Origin: Mizuhopecten yessoensis
Taxonomy: Eukaryota
Assembly (NCBI RefSeq): GCF_002113885.1
Contig: NW_018408484.1
Coordinates: 40,799-104,798, forward strand
Length of the DNA stretch: 64,000 nucleotides
Reading direction: 5' to 3'
Shown here: piece by piece, positions 14,902 to 28,000 of the stretch
How the letters are laid out: each line of letters starts with the position of its first letter
Numbering within the stretch: position 1 is the stretch's first letter
Position numbers and translations under genes: made by a program
Notes under the pieces: generated by a model
Told to the model about the DNA's origin: nothing
The model's input: only the letters and a program-made list of their open reading frames with translations
Databases searched by the model: none

Positions 14902-17505
14902 GTAGGTATCTTAGAAGTTTACACACTATACGGGTGGGTATCTTAGAAGTTTACACGTTATACGGGTGGGTACCTTAGAAGTTTACACGCTATACGGGTG
15001 GGTATCTTAGAAGTTTACACGTTATACGGGTAGGTATCTTAGAAGTTTGCACGCTATACGGGTGGGTATCTTAGAAGTTTACACGTTATACGGGTAGGTA
15101 TCTTAGAAGTGTACACGTTATACGGGTGGTTATCTTAGAAGTTTACACGTTATACGGGTGGGTATCTTAGAAGTTTACACGTTATACGGGTAGGTATCTT
15201 AGAAGTTTACACGTTATACGGGTAGGTATCTTAGAAGTTAACATGTTATACGGGTGGGTATCTTAGAAGTTTACACGTTATATGGGTAGGTATCTTAGAC
15301 GTTTACACGTTATACGGGCAGGTATCTTAAACGTTTACACGTTATACGGCTGGGTATCTTAGAAGTTTACACGTTATACGGCTGGGTATCTTAGAAGTTA
15401 ACACGTTATACGGGCAGGTATCTTAAACGTTTACACGTTATACGGGTAGGTATCTTCGAAGCTAACATGTAATACGGGTAGGTATCTTAGAAGTTAGCAC
15501 ATTATACGGGTAGGTATCGTAGAATTTAACACGTTATACGGGTAGGTATCATAGAAGTTAACACGTTATACGTTTAGGTATCTTCGAAGCTAACATGTTA
15601 TACGGGTGGTTATCTTAGAAGTGTATACGTTATATGGATAGATATCGTAGAATTTAACACGTTATACGGGTAGGTATCTTAGAAGTTTACACGTTAAACG
15701 GGTAGGTATCTTCGAAGTTAACATTGTATACGGGTAGTTATCTTAGAAGTTAACATGTTATACGGGTGGGTATCTTAGAAGTTAACATGGTATACGTGTA
15801 AGTATCTTAGAAGTTTACATGTTGTACGGGTGGGTATCTTAGAAGTTAACACGTTATACGGGTGGGTATCTTAGAAGTTTACACCTTACACGGGTAGGTA
15901 TCTTCGAAGCTAACATGTTATACTGGTAGGTATCTTAGAAGTTAGCACATTATACGGGTAGGTATCGTAGAATTTAACACGTGATACGGGTAGTTATCTG
16001 AGAAGTTAACATGTTATACGGGTAGGTATCTTCGAAGCTAACATGTTATACGGGTAGGTACATTAGAAGTTAATATGTTATACCTGTATGTATCTTAAAA
16101 GTCAACATGTTGTACGGGTATGTATCTTAGAAGTTAACACGTTATACGGGTAGGTATCTGAGAAGTTAACTCGTTATACGGGTGGGTATCTTAGAAGGTA
16201 ACATGCTGTACGGGTAGGTATCTTAGAAGTTTACACGTTATACGGGTGGGTATCTTAGAAGTTTACACGTTATACCGGTAGGTATCCTAGAAGTTTACAC
16301 GTTAAACGGGTGGGTATTTTAGAAGTTAACACGTTATACGGGTGGTTATCTTAGAAGTGTATACGTTATACGGATAGGTATCTTAGAAGTTAACACGCAA
16401 TACGGGTAGGTATCTTAGACGTTTACACGTTATACGGGCAGGTATCTTAAACGTTTACACGTTATACGGGCAGGTATCTTAAACGTTTACACGTTATACG
16501 GCTGGGTATCTTAGAAGTTTATATTTTATACGGGTTGGTATCTTAGAAGTTTACAGGTTATACGGGTGGGTATCTCAGAAGTTTACACGTTATACCGGTA
16601 GGGATCCTAGAAGTTTACACGTTAAACGGGTGGGGATTTTAGAAGTTAACACGTTATACGGGTAGGTATCTGAGAAGTTTACACGTTATACCGGTAGGTA
16701 TCCTAGAAGTTTACACGTTAAATGGGTGGGTATTTTAGAAGTTAACACGTTATACGGGTAGGTATCTGAGAAGTTTACACGTTATACCGGTAGGTGTCCT
16801 AGAAGTTTACACGTTAAACGGGTTGGTATTTTAGAAGTTAACCCCTTATACGGGTGGTTATCTTAGGAGTGTATACGTTATATGGATAGATATCTTAGAA
16901 GGTAACATGTTATACGGGTAGGGATCTTAGAAGTTTATATTTTATACGGGTTGGTATCTTAGAAGTTTACATGTTATACGGGTAGGTATCTGAGAAGTTA
17001 ACTCGTTATACGGGTGGGTATCTTATAAGTTTAAACGTTATACGGGTAGGTATCTGAGAAGTTAACTCGTGATACGGGTGGGTATCTTAGACGTTTACAC
17101 GTTATACGGCTGGGTATCTTAGAAGTTTACACTGTATACGGGTAGGTATCTTAGAAGCGTACATGTTGTTCGGGTAGGTATCTTAGAAGTTAACATGTTA
17201 CACGGGTAGGTATCTTAGAAGTTTAGACTTTATACGGTTAGGTATCTTAGAAGTTAACATGTTATACGGGTAGGTATCTTAGAAGTTTATATTTTATACG
17301 GGTTGGTATCTTAGAAGTTAACATGGTATACGGGTAGGTATCTGAGAAGTTAACATGTTATACAGGTAGGTATCTTAGAAGTTTATACTTCATACGGATA
17401 GGTATAGTAGAAGTTAACACGTTATACAGGTAGGTATCTTAGAAGCTTACACGTTATACGGATAGGTATAGTAGAAGTTAACATTTTATACAGGTAGGTA
17501 TCTTA
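14886..17505 (+). repeat. 32-bp minisatellite, ~80 copies, each copy containing the exon end and splice donor
   Basis: Unit TTTACACGTTATACGG|GTAGGTATCTTAGAAG; the first copy overlaps the last 16 nt of exon 14737-14901. Confidence 0.95.
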
Positions 17506-18084
17506 ACATCCGTTCGGTACATCGCGTTATATCGGTAAAAGTTCGTATTTACTGTCCAAATACTGTAATAAGGGGCAGGCATGGATGCGGGTTGGCAATT
17601 GTGTAAGGCTTTCAGGGATTAACGTCGCACACATAGTCCAGCCATAACTCTATAGGTAATAACACTGTTTCTCTGTTGGTACCTAAAATATCAAGCTAGT
17701 GCATGTCACATGAAATAATTAGGAAAATGACATGTTGCATATAAACACTTAATACCGTATCTCTTTTTCCCTTGATTAACTAAAATAGCTGAAAAGCTAT
17801 CGTATGCAATTTGGACACAAGTCGGTAAGGAGAAAGGGAAATTATTTTACATGTATATTGCTGTATACATAAAATTCTAAGGATTTAAACATCGTCATAT
17901 GTCATTTTCATTCTGATTGATGAGGAGCCAAGCTTACTATCACTGGTTTTACACAAAACTTTACAGAAAACACCAAAAAAAATACCAAAATGTAAACAAA
18001 ACAATAATTCGAACTAAAAATCAATAAAACTAAGGGAAAATATTAACAACGAAAAAAAAAGACCCTTGACAAAATACAAGGAGA

Positions 18085-19110
18085 ATAAGACAAGGGGTTC
18101 CGGAAGGGAAGGCGTCTTGTGCTTCATCACCGACACCCGCTATGTAAGTCTAGGTCAAATCGAAGTAATGTCAGGTCATCATATCGAGAGTTTGGATAGT
18201 GGCAAGAAAATCACAAGGCACACTAATATACCCACAAGGAAATAGCCTAAACTACATATCTGGAAACCCAGTGTTGTAAGATTATCCGTCAGCAGTCGAC
18301 CTCTATCATGGAATCCTGATATTCGAAGCAAGATCTTGAATGTCCAATCAACTGCGACATGTAAACACCGTAACAATCGGGGGCAGGATGTTACTATCAG
18401 GAAAGGGAAAGTTTACGATCGGAAAACCGAAATCGCCTCGCCTATTTTGAAGTAAAGATCGAGGAAAACGGCAGATGTAGAAAAAGTTTCTCGTGTCGTT
18501 AACATCAAGCTTAGTAGGGTATATACGATGAACGTTTTCAATCAATTTCTAGTTATTTAAAGACAGCATATCGGAGATATATATGAACTGAAATCGAAGG
18601 ACTTGGCTAGATTTTGGTTACCAGTCCTGATAAGCTCATTAATAAAATCAGCTCCATATGAAAACAAAACAAAATCGGCTAGAATATGTGCACTGTTTGT
18701 TCTGATAGGAGTGTGGCAAGCTTGCCACTGAGCTCAACAAGGATGTGGTCAACCTTGAACTCTCAGTATATTTCAATTTGGCCTCTGTCGTACTTTTTTA
18801 CAAAATTTGCTGGAAAAGTTTTCCAACCATATATTGATGTCTTCGTTCGCCTTTTTTTTTGCAAAAGAAATTTATGCAACTTTTTTAGTTTGTAGCGTCA
18901 CAATGCGACTGTTCCCCTTATGTAATAGTGAACGGATGGAAAAAACTAGCATGTCTTTTTTACTGGCATATGTCTCTTGTATACGAAATGCTATGTCGCT
19001 AAATAAAGGTCGTTTTCACAAGATTACTCAAGGAATGTAACAAAACTATACATCTTACTTTCACGAAGCAAACCTCAAAGAGTTGGACAAATTACAATGC
19101 CTTTTTGTCG
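18085..19110 (-). mobile_element. decayed Penelope-like retroelement (RT C-terminal region and 3' tail)
   Basis: Minus-strand remnants FSYGADFINELI, RRGDFGFPIVNFPFPDSNI, GVYMSQLI..SR.C and FHDRGRLLTDNL match the invertebrate PLE RT motifs YDKRDDFNFPIVNFPFLSSNIP..YGVYISQLIRY; many stops and frameshifts. Confidence 0.8.
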
Positions 19111-19330
19111 TTTTTCATGAAACTCGAAGGATTGAAATGAGATGTCATCAACACCTACCAGATAAAGACATGTCCAGAACTAACAAAATGTCATCACCAT
19201 GCCCTCAAGTCCACACATCTGAAAGTTCAAACCAAATGTCGCCCTCATGTCCCCTTTTCCATAATTAAATCTATCAGATCAAATGAAACGTCACCATCAT
19301 GCACTCCATTTAATAAATAAATCTACCAGA

Positions 19331-19907
19331 CCATCACACCCTCAAGTCCATAAATGAGTCTATCAGGCCATACAAACTTCACCATCACTCCCTCAAGTCC
19401 ATAAATGAGTCTATCAGGCCATACAAACTTCACCATCACTCCCTCAAGTCCATAAATGTGTCTATCAGACCATACAAACTTAACCATCACACCCTCAAGT
19501 CCATGAATGAGTCTATCAGATCATACAAACTTCACCATCACGCCCTCAAGTCCATAAATGTGTCTATCAGACCATACAAACTGCACCATCACACCCTCAA
19601 GTGCATAAATGAGTCTATCAGATCATACAAACTTCACCATCACCCCCTCAAGTCCATAAACGACTCTATCAGACCATACAAACTCCCCCATCACACCCTC
19701 AAGTCAATAAATGAGTCTATCAGGCCATACAAACTTCACCATCACGCCCTCAAGTCCATAAATGTGTCTATCAGACCATACAAACTGCACCATCACACCC
19801 TCAAGTACATAAATGAGTCTATCAGCCCATACAAACTTCACCATCACCCCCTCAAGTCCATAAACGACTCTATCAGACCATACAAACTTCACCATCACAC
19901 CCTCAAG
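19331..19907. repeat. 51-bp minisatellite, ~11 copies, with decayed precursor copies at 19140-19330
   Basis: Unit CCATCACACCCTCAAGTCCATAAATGAGTCTATCAGACCATACAAACTTCA; 17-aa period in ORF 19458. Confidence 0.95.
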
Positions 19908-20619
19908 TTCTCGTTGAGATCTGATAGACTCATGTATGGACTTTGAGGCACAGTGTGATGCAATGTATATTCGGAAAGATGGCGACATGTTTGCATTCGT
20001 TACGGCAAGTAGGTCAACTGTCAAAGCTAGTAATACCATTCAGAAATTAAAATAAATAATGACAACTTACTAATTACTTTGTGAGACGTCCTTTCAGTCG
20101 AATGTCACTCAACAATCTCGGGGGAATAGATCGGTACAGGCATTTAACATAGTCTATATTTAAGAGTGTTTAGGTTTTCTAACGGAAGGATAATTCGACA
20201 ATTACATACGTAGTTACATTGTTATACGTACACTGTTAAAACACAAGTGAACGTTTTGAGTCATCGCAATATTGAGCCAACTTTGTTTTGAGATTTTTTA
20301 CATTCTTAATTTTGAGAGTCCAGACTGTTTGTAAAAAGTTAATGAGACGGGTAGGTTGGCGCTACGGTTACGCGGTATTAAACGTACTAGTGTATAGTGA
20401 ACGCGCCGGTCCCGGTATCACCTGTACTGTGGGTGGGAAATATTGTTAGTCTTCTACCTTACTAATTGGTTTATAATTGCAGTTTCCTTGCCTCGCTATC
20501 TTACTGGTTAATGAAAAAAAATCTTGATTCGACCTAATATACAACATCGTGATTTGAAAATGGCATCACACCTCCGTCACAATTAGGTCATTATTCCTTG
20601 TAACAGTCTTTGGCTATGA

Positions 20620-21380
20620 CCAGTAGACTAGATACATCGCAGCGCTGCCACGCTATATACCAGCAGGCTATGCTTTAGAGGTACTATTATCACTGAGAAT
20701 TGAGATAGGCAATACTGTCAGGCTGTGATCAGGAGTACATATTATCGCCACAGAACTACCACAGGTAGCATTGTCAGGCTATTGGTACATGTTCTGTCAC
20801 CATTTTTAGGTCACCTGAGCTTTAGCTCAAGTGACCTATTGCTATCCGTTTTCGTCCGTCGTCGTCCGTCGTCCGTCGTCCGTCGTCCGTNATTATTCCT
20901 GAGGGAGGCATAGAAGGTATCATTAGGCGAAGTTCTGTAGTAATATCAACAAGCTACGAACACTATTACTAGACTATGGGCATAGTATTAATGCAATATC
21001 ATCGAACTAGGTGTGATAAGGTCGGGAACTGTAACAAGATGATGATGAAGTCGGCACTATGGTTAACCTATAGCATCACCTCGTTATACGTAACATAACT
21101 AGGTTATGGGTACAATCAATGTTTTATATTACCAGTCGGAGGGTTTTATTATCAAAGCTTTGTGTATTTTAACCACGGAATGAGTGATATCCCCCGCCGA
21201 AAGGTACTATCAACAAGCTAGGGGTACTTGAACCAAGTTATGGGTGATTCCAACAACCATAGCGTACTATCATCAAGCTATGAGTTCTGTAACTAACATA
21301 GAGTAATGTTATAAGGTTATTGAAACCGCCAGCACGTTATGTGTAAATTAAACATCCTATGCTTGCTGTCATCATGCTAT
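20620..21380. repeat. highly decayed ~21-bp minisatellite
   Basis: Recurring degenerate GGTACTATCA(A/T)CAAGCTATG motif, interrupted by the MITE end at 20803. Confidence 0.5.
20803..20890 (+). mobile_element. terminus of a non-autonomous Helentron-associated (HINE/pearl-like) element, cut at a contig join
   Basis: TTTTTAGGTCACCTGAGC-TTTA-GCTCAAGTGACCTA hairpin followed by a CGTC-type microsatellite ending at a single N. Confidence 0.8.
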
Positions 21381-21749
21381 GAATGACGTCATCTGTGTTG
21401 TCACCCAACAGTACCCCGTGTCATATATATTTACATTGGTTATAACATGTAACCTTACGTTTGACAGACTATATAAGGATATAAGTTATTAGGCTTACAT
21501 TTAACACTGCTCTTTCTCTATGTGTTATGACGATTTTAACAATTTTACTTCTAAGGTAAGATTTGAAGAGGGATATGATGATTTTTTTAGCAAAAGTGTT
21601 ATATTCTAGATTAGGTATTCATTCTTAATGTTTTTGCTATTTTAGACATTTCTATCCAAAACAAAAGCATCTAGTGTCATTATCCGTATCAGCATATTAT
21701 TTAAAACCTAAACTGCCTTTGGAAATATAATTATTCTATTTGTTTACAG

Positions 21750-22099
21750 GTTCAGCATCGAGATTACATACGTCGACGTGCTGCCGACTGGGCAGAGTCT
21801 CGGCTACACGAGGGAAGCCGTGTCACAGCGGCTACTACAGCAACCAGTTAAATGTGAAGCTCCGACGATACCGTTTATATCGCTATAAACAGAGATTAAA
21901 GCTGTTACGGAGTCGTTATGGTATCAATTACAGACAAAATAGCATGGATAAGTACCAAAAGTGTGCTCTTCGTCGCCAGAGTCAATTCCAAAAATGTTGT
22001 AATGCTGTGTATTACCATAAGAAACGACGACATCGAAACTGGCGCATGTATGCTAGATACCGGAACTCTCTCTCTAAACGGAAGGGCCGTCGACACTGA
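21750..22099 (+). CDS. terminal exon: Arg/Lys/Tyr-rich anaphylatoxin-like (six-Cys) domain
   Basis: Acceptor TTCTATTTGTTTACAG|GT (phase 1); 116-codon intact ORF with CC-x2-G-x9-C-x46-C-x7-F-x2-CC; about 34 R+K versus one D by hand count; TGA followed by AATAAA. Confidence 0.8.
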
Positions 22100-22159
22100 G
22101 GATTATGGGTAATAACATTTTTAAATGCAATTTAATTGTTCTCATTCAGGAGTCAGTAA

Positions 22160-22165
22160 AATAAA
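22160..22165 (+). promoter_or_regulatory. candidate polyadenylation signal
   Basis: AATAAA about 60 nt after the stop, followed by a GT-rich tract (TGTCTCGTTGTTGTT). Confidence 0.55.
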
Positions 22166-22319
22166 TGTCTCGTTGTTGTTATTTCATAAAAGGCGTCATG
22201 TTATTTGTTCTTAAATACTCGTCATCATCAATACAACTAATACAATATTTATGTTTACACCTTACTTGTTCAAGGTTGATAAGTATGCACCCAACTTGAA
22301 TAGCAAATATACAAGCAAT

Positions 22320-22570
22320 AACGAACACAAAGATGTCTAACTGACAGCCATCTTGTTTTTTCTGATCAGTTTCAAACTGATACATGCACAACTATGTACC
22401 AAGGAAATCCAACATATGAAATACGAGAAAGATCTGTAAAATACCCATTGAGAAATACCGATAACGTACTGTCGAAATCAAAGATGGCTGTCAGGCGACG
22501 GTCTTTAACTTTCCCAGTCTCAAAATGAAACATGCACAATAATAGACCAAGATAAACCAACATATGAAAG
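22320..22570. mobile_element. two decayed ~160-bp internal repeat units of a Helentron-type non-autonomous element
   Basis: AAGATG..GACAGCCATCTTG palindromic core and repeated CATGCACAA..ACCAAG..CCAACATATGAAA. Confidence 0.45.
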
Positions 22571-22926
22571 AGGTATGGCGGAAAACTGCCCGTATTTCCC
22601 TAAATCGGCATTTATGAAAACGGGAGAAAAAAAACTATGGAGTAAAACATTTCGTGTAGCAAAAATGTATACAAAAGATACAAAACCAATTGAATATGAA
22701 TTTTTAAACTGCTTAGAAATTAGGTATTGCTAATATGATACTGCAAATATAGCCATATACACTATATCTATGAAAGTGATGGGGTTTCCCGGAGTTAAAA
22801 AAAATACTTTCAACATGGAAAAGAAATGAAGAATGTATGATCGATATCTATATAGTAATACTAGATGGTATCTAGGGATTGGGTCTGACGGTTGTTTTGG
22901 TATGTGTATATAATCGAATACGTTTA

Positions 22927-23762
22927 ATGTCCTACGTGGAGAAACTCTGTCAGATCACATCAGCTTTACCTCGGTTAATAATTACTGATGTCCTAAGGGG
23001 AGAAACTCTGTCAGATCACATCTGCTTTACCTCTGTTTTTATAACTGATGTCCTATGTGGAGAAACTCTGTCAGATCACAGCAGCTTTACCTCTGTTAAT
23101 AATAACTGATGTCCTAAGGGGGGAAACTCTGTCAGATCACAGCAGCTTTACCTCTGTTAATAATAACTGATGTCCTAAGTGGAGAAACTCTGTCAGATCC
23201 CATCTGCTTTACCTCTGTTTTTATAACTGATGTCCTACGTGGAGAAGCTCTGTCAGATCACATCTGCTTTCCCTCTGTTATTATAACTGATGACCTAAGG
23301 GGAGAAACTCTGTCAGATAACATCAGCTTTACCTCTGTTTTTATAACTGATGTCCTACGTGGAGAAACTCTGGCAGATCACATCAGCTTTCCCTCTGTTA
23401 TTATAACTGATGTACTAAGGGGGGAAACTCTGTCAGATCACATCTGCTTTCCCTCTGTTATTATAACTGATGTCCTCAGGGGAGAAACTCTGTCAGATAA
23501 CATCAGCTTTACCTCTGTTTTTATAACTGATGTCCTACGTGGAGAAACTCTGGCAGATCACATCAGCTTTAGCTCTGTTATTATAACTGATGACCTAAGG
23601 GGAGAAACTCTGTCAGATAACATCAGCTTTACCTCTCTTATTATAACTGATGTCCTCAGGGGAGAAACTCTGTCAGATAACATCAGCTTTACCTCTGTTT
23701 TTATAACTAAAGTCCTAAGGGGAGAAACTCTGTCAGATCACATCAGCTTTACCTCTGTTTTT
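22927..23762. repeat. 60-bp minisatellite, ~14 copies
   Basis: Unit TTATAACTGATGTCCTAAGGGGAGAAACTCTGTCAGATCACATCAGCTTTACCTCTGTT(A/T). Confidence 0.96.
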
Positions 23763-24616
23763 GTTCACAATTGGCAGTTTTTTAATTATAACGAATGTTT
23801 GTTTGGCGTTCTGCAACAGCAGATGTACATCTAACACAACATAAAAATAGAAATAGAGTTATGCTTAAAAAATATGTCATCATATTAGAAAATGAAGCTA
23901 ATAAAAGTAACTAAAGATCGAGGAGGGCAGCTGATGTAATAGTTTCAATTAAAATAGTTAATAATTAAATTCACTTCGATTTCTTTTTCCATTCATATTC
24001 CAATTCTATCATATACCTAGAAAAACAATGTTTGCCTCGCTAATGGTTTAATTAAATCAATAACTAATTAGTATACATACTTTAGAGGCCATACATGTAA
24101 AATTTAGGGTAAGGGTACAAAATTTTAGATATTTTATTTTGATGATAATAACATATTTGTTTTGTTTTTGTTAATTCATCTATGGACATACAGCATGCAA
24201 AGCTTTCTTAATCAAATTTGCTTTAATTTCTCATATCGCACCAAAGTAGTTCTAGATTTCCAGAGTGTAATATTTTTTTACAATCCCACTTTCTTTCACT
24301 TCTTACATCACTGATAGCTTACATCACTCATGAACTGAGTCAGTATAAATGAGCAGTAAATCTAGGTGATTAATGGGAGATAAAAGTCTAGTAAACGTCA
24401 CCTCTTACACGAACACGAAATATGACCCCTACAGCATACCCAGACATATAATAATTATGATCATGTATGATTCTCCTATAATATTTTTGATTCAATTGAT
24501 ATTTTTCCTGTTTAAAGCAAATATATTTTGAGGATACTGCTGCTGATCGTGTTATGAGAGGAAATCCAAGACAGATACAATCCTTTCTCATTGTGATAAA
24601 CTAACAGGTAGCACGG

Positions 24617-24829
24617 AAACAGTGACTATATATAGCTAAACAGTGACTATATATAGCTAAACAGTGACTATATATAGCTAAACAGTGACTATATATAGCT
24701 AAACAGTGACTATATATAGCTAAACAGTGACTATATATAGCTAAACAGTGACTATATATAGCTAAACAGTGACTATATATAGCTAAACAGTGACTATATA
24801 TAGCTAAACAGTGACTATATATAGCTAAA
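24617..24829. repeat. perfect 21-bp minisatellite, 10 copies
   Basis: AAACAGTGACTATATATAGCT repeated without visible mismatch. Confidence 0.97.
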
Positions 24830-25078
24830 GACGTGAACGTATAACACTATAAAACCAACTCATTATACACTGCAGTTGTATTTCTACATAAAGCAATATT
24901 AATTTCGTTGAAATTATTGTATCAATAGGTTTCCACGACTGAGAACATGTAAAGTCTTCGTATCCAAATTTTATGTTGTATTAATGGAAATTACAGAAAA
25001 TGAAACAACAGCACACCAAAACTGTCGTAAACAGTGGTGTATTGAGAGGCCACACACAGGGAACTAGTCTACACAAAA

Positions 25079-28000
25079 TACTATATATGTCACTGTCTAA
25101 ACCCGATACTATATATGTCACTGTCTAAACCCGATACTATATATGTCACTGTCTAAACCCGATACTATATATGTGACTGTCTAAACCCGATACTATATAT
25201 GTCACTGTCTAAACCAAAAACTATCAATTTAAATGTCTATATGTCACTGTCTAAACCCGATACTATATATGTCACTGTCTAAACCCGATACTATATATGT
25301 CACTGTATAAACCCTATACTATTTATGTCACTGTCTAAACCCGATACTATATATGTCACTACCTAAACCCGATACTATATATGTCACTGTATAATCCCTA
25401 TACTATTTATGTCACTGTCTAAACCCGATTCTATATATGTCACTGTTTAAACCCGACACTATACATGTCACTGTCTAAACCCGATACTATGTATGTCACT
25501 GTCTCAACCCGATACTCTATATGTCACTGTCTAAACCAGATACTATGTCACTGTCTAAACCCGATACTATATATATCACTGTCTAAACCCGATACTATTT
25601 ATGTCACTGTCTAAACCCGATACTCTATATGTAACTGTCTAAACCCGATACTATATATGTGACTGTCTCAACCCGATACTATATATGTCACTGTCTACAC
25701 CCGATACTATATATGTCACTGTCTACACCCGATACTATATATGTCACTGTCTACACCCGATACTATATATGTCACTGTCTACACCCGATACTATATATGT
25801 CACTGTCTACACCCGATACTATATATGTCACTGTCTACACCCGATACTATATATGTCACTGTCTACACCCGATACTATATATGTCACTGTCTAACCCCGA
25901 TACTATGTATGTCACTGTCTAAACCCAATACTCTATATGTCACTGTCTAAACCCGACACTATATATATCACTGTCTAAACCCGTTCCTATATATGTCACT
26001 GTTTAAACCCGATACTATATATGTCACTGTTTAAACCCGATACTATATATGTCACTGTTTAAACCCGACACTATACATGTCACTGTCTAAACCCGATACT
26101 ATGTATGTCACTGTCTCAACCCGATACTATATATGTCACTGTCTGAACCCGATACTATATATGTCACTGTCTCAACCCGATAATATATATGTCACTGTCT
26201 AAACTCGATACTATATATGTCACTGATACTATATATGTGACTGTCTAAACCCGATACTATATATGTTACTGTCTAAACCCGATACTATATATGTAACTGT
26301 CTAAACCCGATACTATATATGCCACTGTCTAAACCCGATACTATATATGTAACTGTCTAAACCCGATACTATATATGTAACTGTCTAAACCCGATACTAT
26401 ATATGCCACTGTCTAAACCCGATACTATATATGCCACTGTCTAAACCCGATACTATATATGCCACTGTCTAAACCCGATACTATTTATGTCACTGTCTAA
26501 ACCCGATTCTATATATGTCACTGTCTAAACCCGATGCTTTATGTGTCACTGTCTAAGCCCGATACTATATATGTCACTGTCTAATCCCGATACTATATAT
26601 GTCACTTTCTAAACCCGATACTATATATGTCACTTTCTAAACCCGATACTATATATGTCACTGTATAAACTCGATACTATATATGTCACTGTCTCAACCC
26701 GACACTATATATATCACTGTCTAAACCCGTTCCTATATATGTCACTGTTTAAACCCGATACTATATATGTCACTGTATAAACTCGATACTATATATGTCA
26801 CTGTCTCAACCCGACACTATATATATCACTGTCTAAACCCGTTCCTATATATGTCACTGTTTAAACCCGATACTATATATGTCACTGTCTACACCCGATA
26901 CTATATATGTCACTGTCTAACCCTGATCCTATATATGTCACTGTCTAAACCCGATATTATATATGTCACTGTCTAAACTTAATACTATATATGTCACGGT
27001 CTAAACCCGATACTATGTATGTCACTGTCTCAACCCGATACTCTATATGTCACTGTCTAAATCCGACACTATATATATCACTGTCTAAACCCGATACTTT
27101 ATATGTCACTGTCTAACCCCGATACTATGTATGTCACTGTCTAACCCCGATACTATGTATGTCACTGTCTAAACCCGATAATATATATGTCACTATCTAA
27201 ACCCGATACTATAAATGTCACTTTCTAACCCCGATACTCTATATGTCACTGTCTAAACCAGATACTATGTCACTGTCTAAACCCGATACTATGTATGTCA
27301 CTGTCTAACCCCGATACTATGTATGTCACTGTCTAACCCCGATACTATGTATGTCACTGTCTAAACCCGATACTATTTATGTCACTGTCTAAACCCGATA
27401 CTATATATATCACTGTCTAAACCCGATACTTTATATGTCACTGTCTAACCCCGATACTATGTATGTCACTGTCTAACCCCGATACTATATATGTCTCTGT
27501 CTAAACCCGATACTATATATGTCCCTGTCTAAACCCGATAATATATATGTCACTATCTAAACCCGATACTATATATGTCACTTTCTAAACCCGATACTAT
27601 ATATGTCACTATCTAAACCCGATACTATTTATGTCACTGTCTAAACCCGATACTATGTATGTCACTGTCTAACCCCGATACTATATATGTCACTGTATAA
27701 ACCCGATACTATATATGTCACTGTTTAAACCCGACACTATACATGTCACTGTCTAAACCCGATCATATATATGTCACTGTCTAAACCCGATACCATGTAT
27801 GTCACTGTCTCAACCCGATACTATATATGTCACTGTCTCAACCCGATAATATATATGTCACTGTCTAAACCCGATACCATGTATGTCACTGTCTCAACCC
27901 GATACTATATATGTCACTGTCTTAACCCGATACTTTATATGTCACTGTCTAACCCCGATACTATGTATGTCACTGTCTAAACCCGATACTATTTATGTCA

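Noticed and set aside
21470-21615. TATA-like box with short upstream exons (MTILTILLL at donor AG|GTAAG; MMIFLAKVLYSRL at G|GTATTC) as exon 1 of the cationic gene
   Set aside because: The first is phase-incompatible with the 21750 acceptor; the second has a weak donor and poor signal peptide. The 14737 exon fits better, although an alternative start is not excluded
21740-22099. Protamine or sperm nuclear basic protein
   Set aside because: The ordered six-Cys frame, high Tyr content and upstream acidic exon are unlike the Ser/Arg/Lys/Ala-rich bivalve PL proteins
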